A DNA stretch of 64,000 nt from Octopus sinensis (lineage: Eukaryota). Both the position numbers and the translations under genes were made by a program. Location: the NCBI RefSeq assembly GCF_006345805.1, contig NC_043008.1, positions 31,744,001 through 31,808,000 of the forward strand. The letters are read 5' to 3'. Positions 63,640 through 64,000 of this stretch are shown one piece after another. Below the pieces are notes generated by a model that was not told the DNA's origin, ran no database searches, and saw nothing but the letters and a program-made list of their open reading frames with translations. Position 1 is the first letter of the stretch, and each line of letters begins with the position of its first letter.

Positions 63640-64000
63640 ATGATCCCACACTCATAGATAAGTGAGTGTTTGAGTATATTCAGTGTAGCAGACAACATAA
63701 GAGAATTAATTAGCTGTAGCGTGAAGAAATGGAAAGTAGATCTCTACTCAAGAGACACACTCTTAGGAAAAGTTAATACCAAAAGAGGAATTTTCCGGAG
63801 AGACTCGTTGTCTCCTTTAATATTTGTCATATGTTTGATCCCCCTCAGTTTAGTATTTAGGAAGGCAAAGGCAGGGTATCAGTTCAGAAATAGTAACGGA
63901 AAATTAACCATTTGCTCTACATGGATGATATGAAGCTTTTTAGTAAGAATGGAAAAGAGATAGATTTCTTAATACAGACTGTAAGACTCTTCAGCAAAGA
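63640..64000 (+). mobile_element. R4/Dong-like LINE RT fragment (runs off the window end)
   Basis: KRGIF..DSLSPL.FVI.LIPLS...GY.F.....NHLLYMDD.KLF. Confidence 0.85.

Overview
AT-rich, microsatellite-dense animal genomic DNA. The SINE families and repeat landscape suggest an octopod cephalopod; this is inference. The window holds one intact 8-exon gene on the + strand (CDS 14942-36620, 428 aa): a serine hydrolase of the beta-lactamase / family VIII esterase fold with an N-terminal hydrophobic anchor and S95-x-x-K98, Y185 and H373-x-G motifs. Almost everything else is transposon-derived: several tRNA-derived SINE families, non-autonomous Helitrons, mariner and maT remnants, Penelope-like elements with hammerhead-ribozyme motifs, Tx1-, CR1-, RTE- and R4/Dong-like LINE fragments, solo LTRs, and foldback elements with telomere-like cores. 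Four structures stand out. (1) A ~4 kb palindrome at 44468-48445 resolves, base for base at its junctions, as a cargo-carrying composite Helitron inserted in inverted orientation between nt 7 and 8 of a sister copy, itself inserted into a SINE. (2) A perfect 110-bp-arm hairpin carries a hammerhead motif on each strand. (3) An RTE insertion has a twin-priming-type 5' inversion and a TSD. (4) Several hammerhead families have non-canonical cores, one in the sense strand of intron 5. All alignments were done by eye, so most repeat boundaries are approximate.
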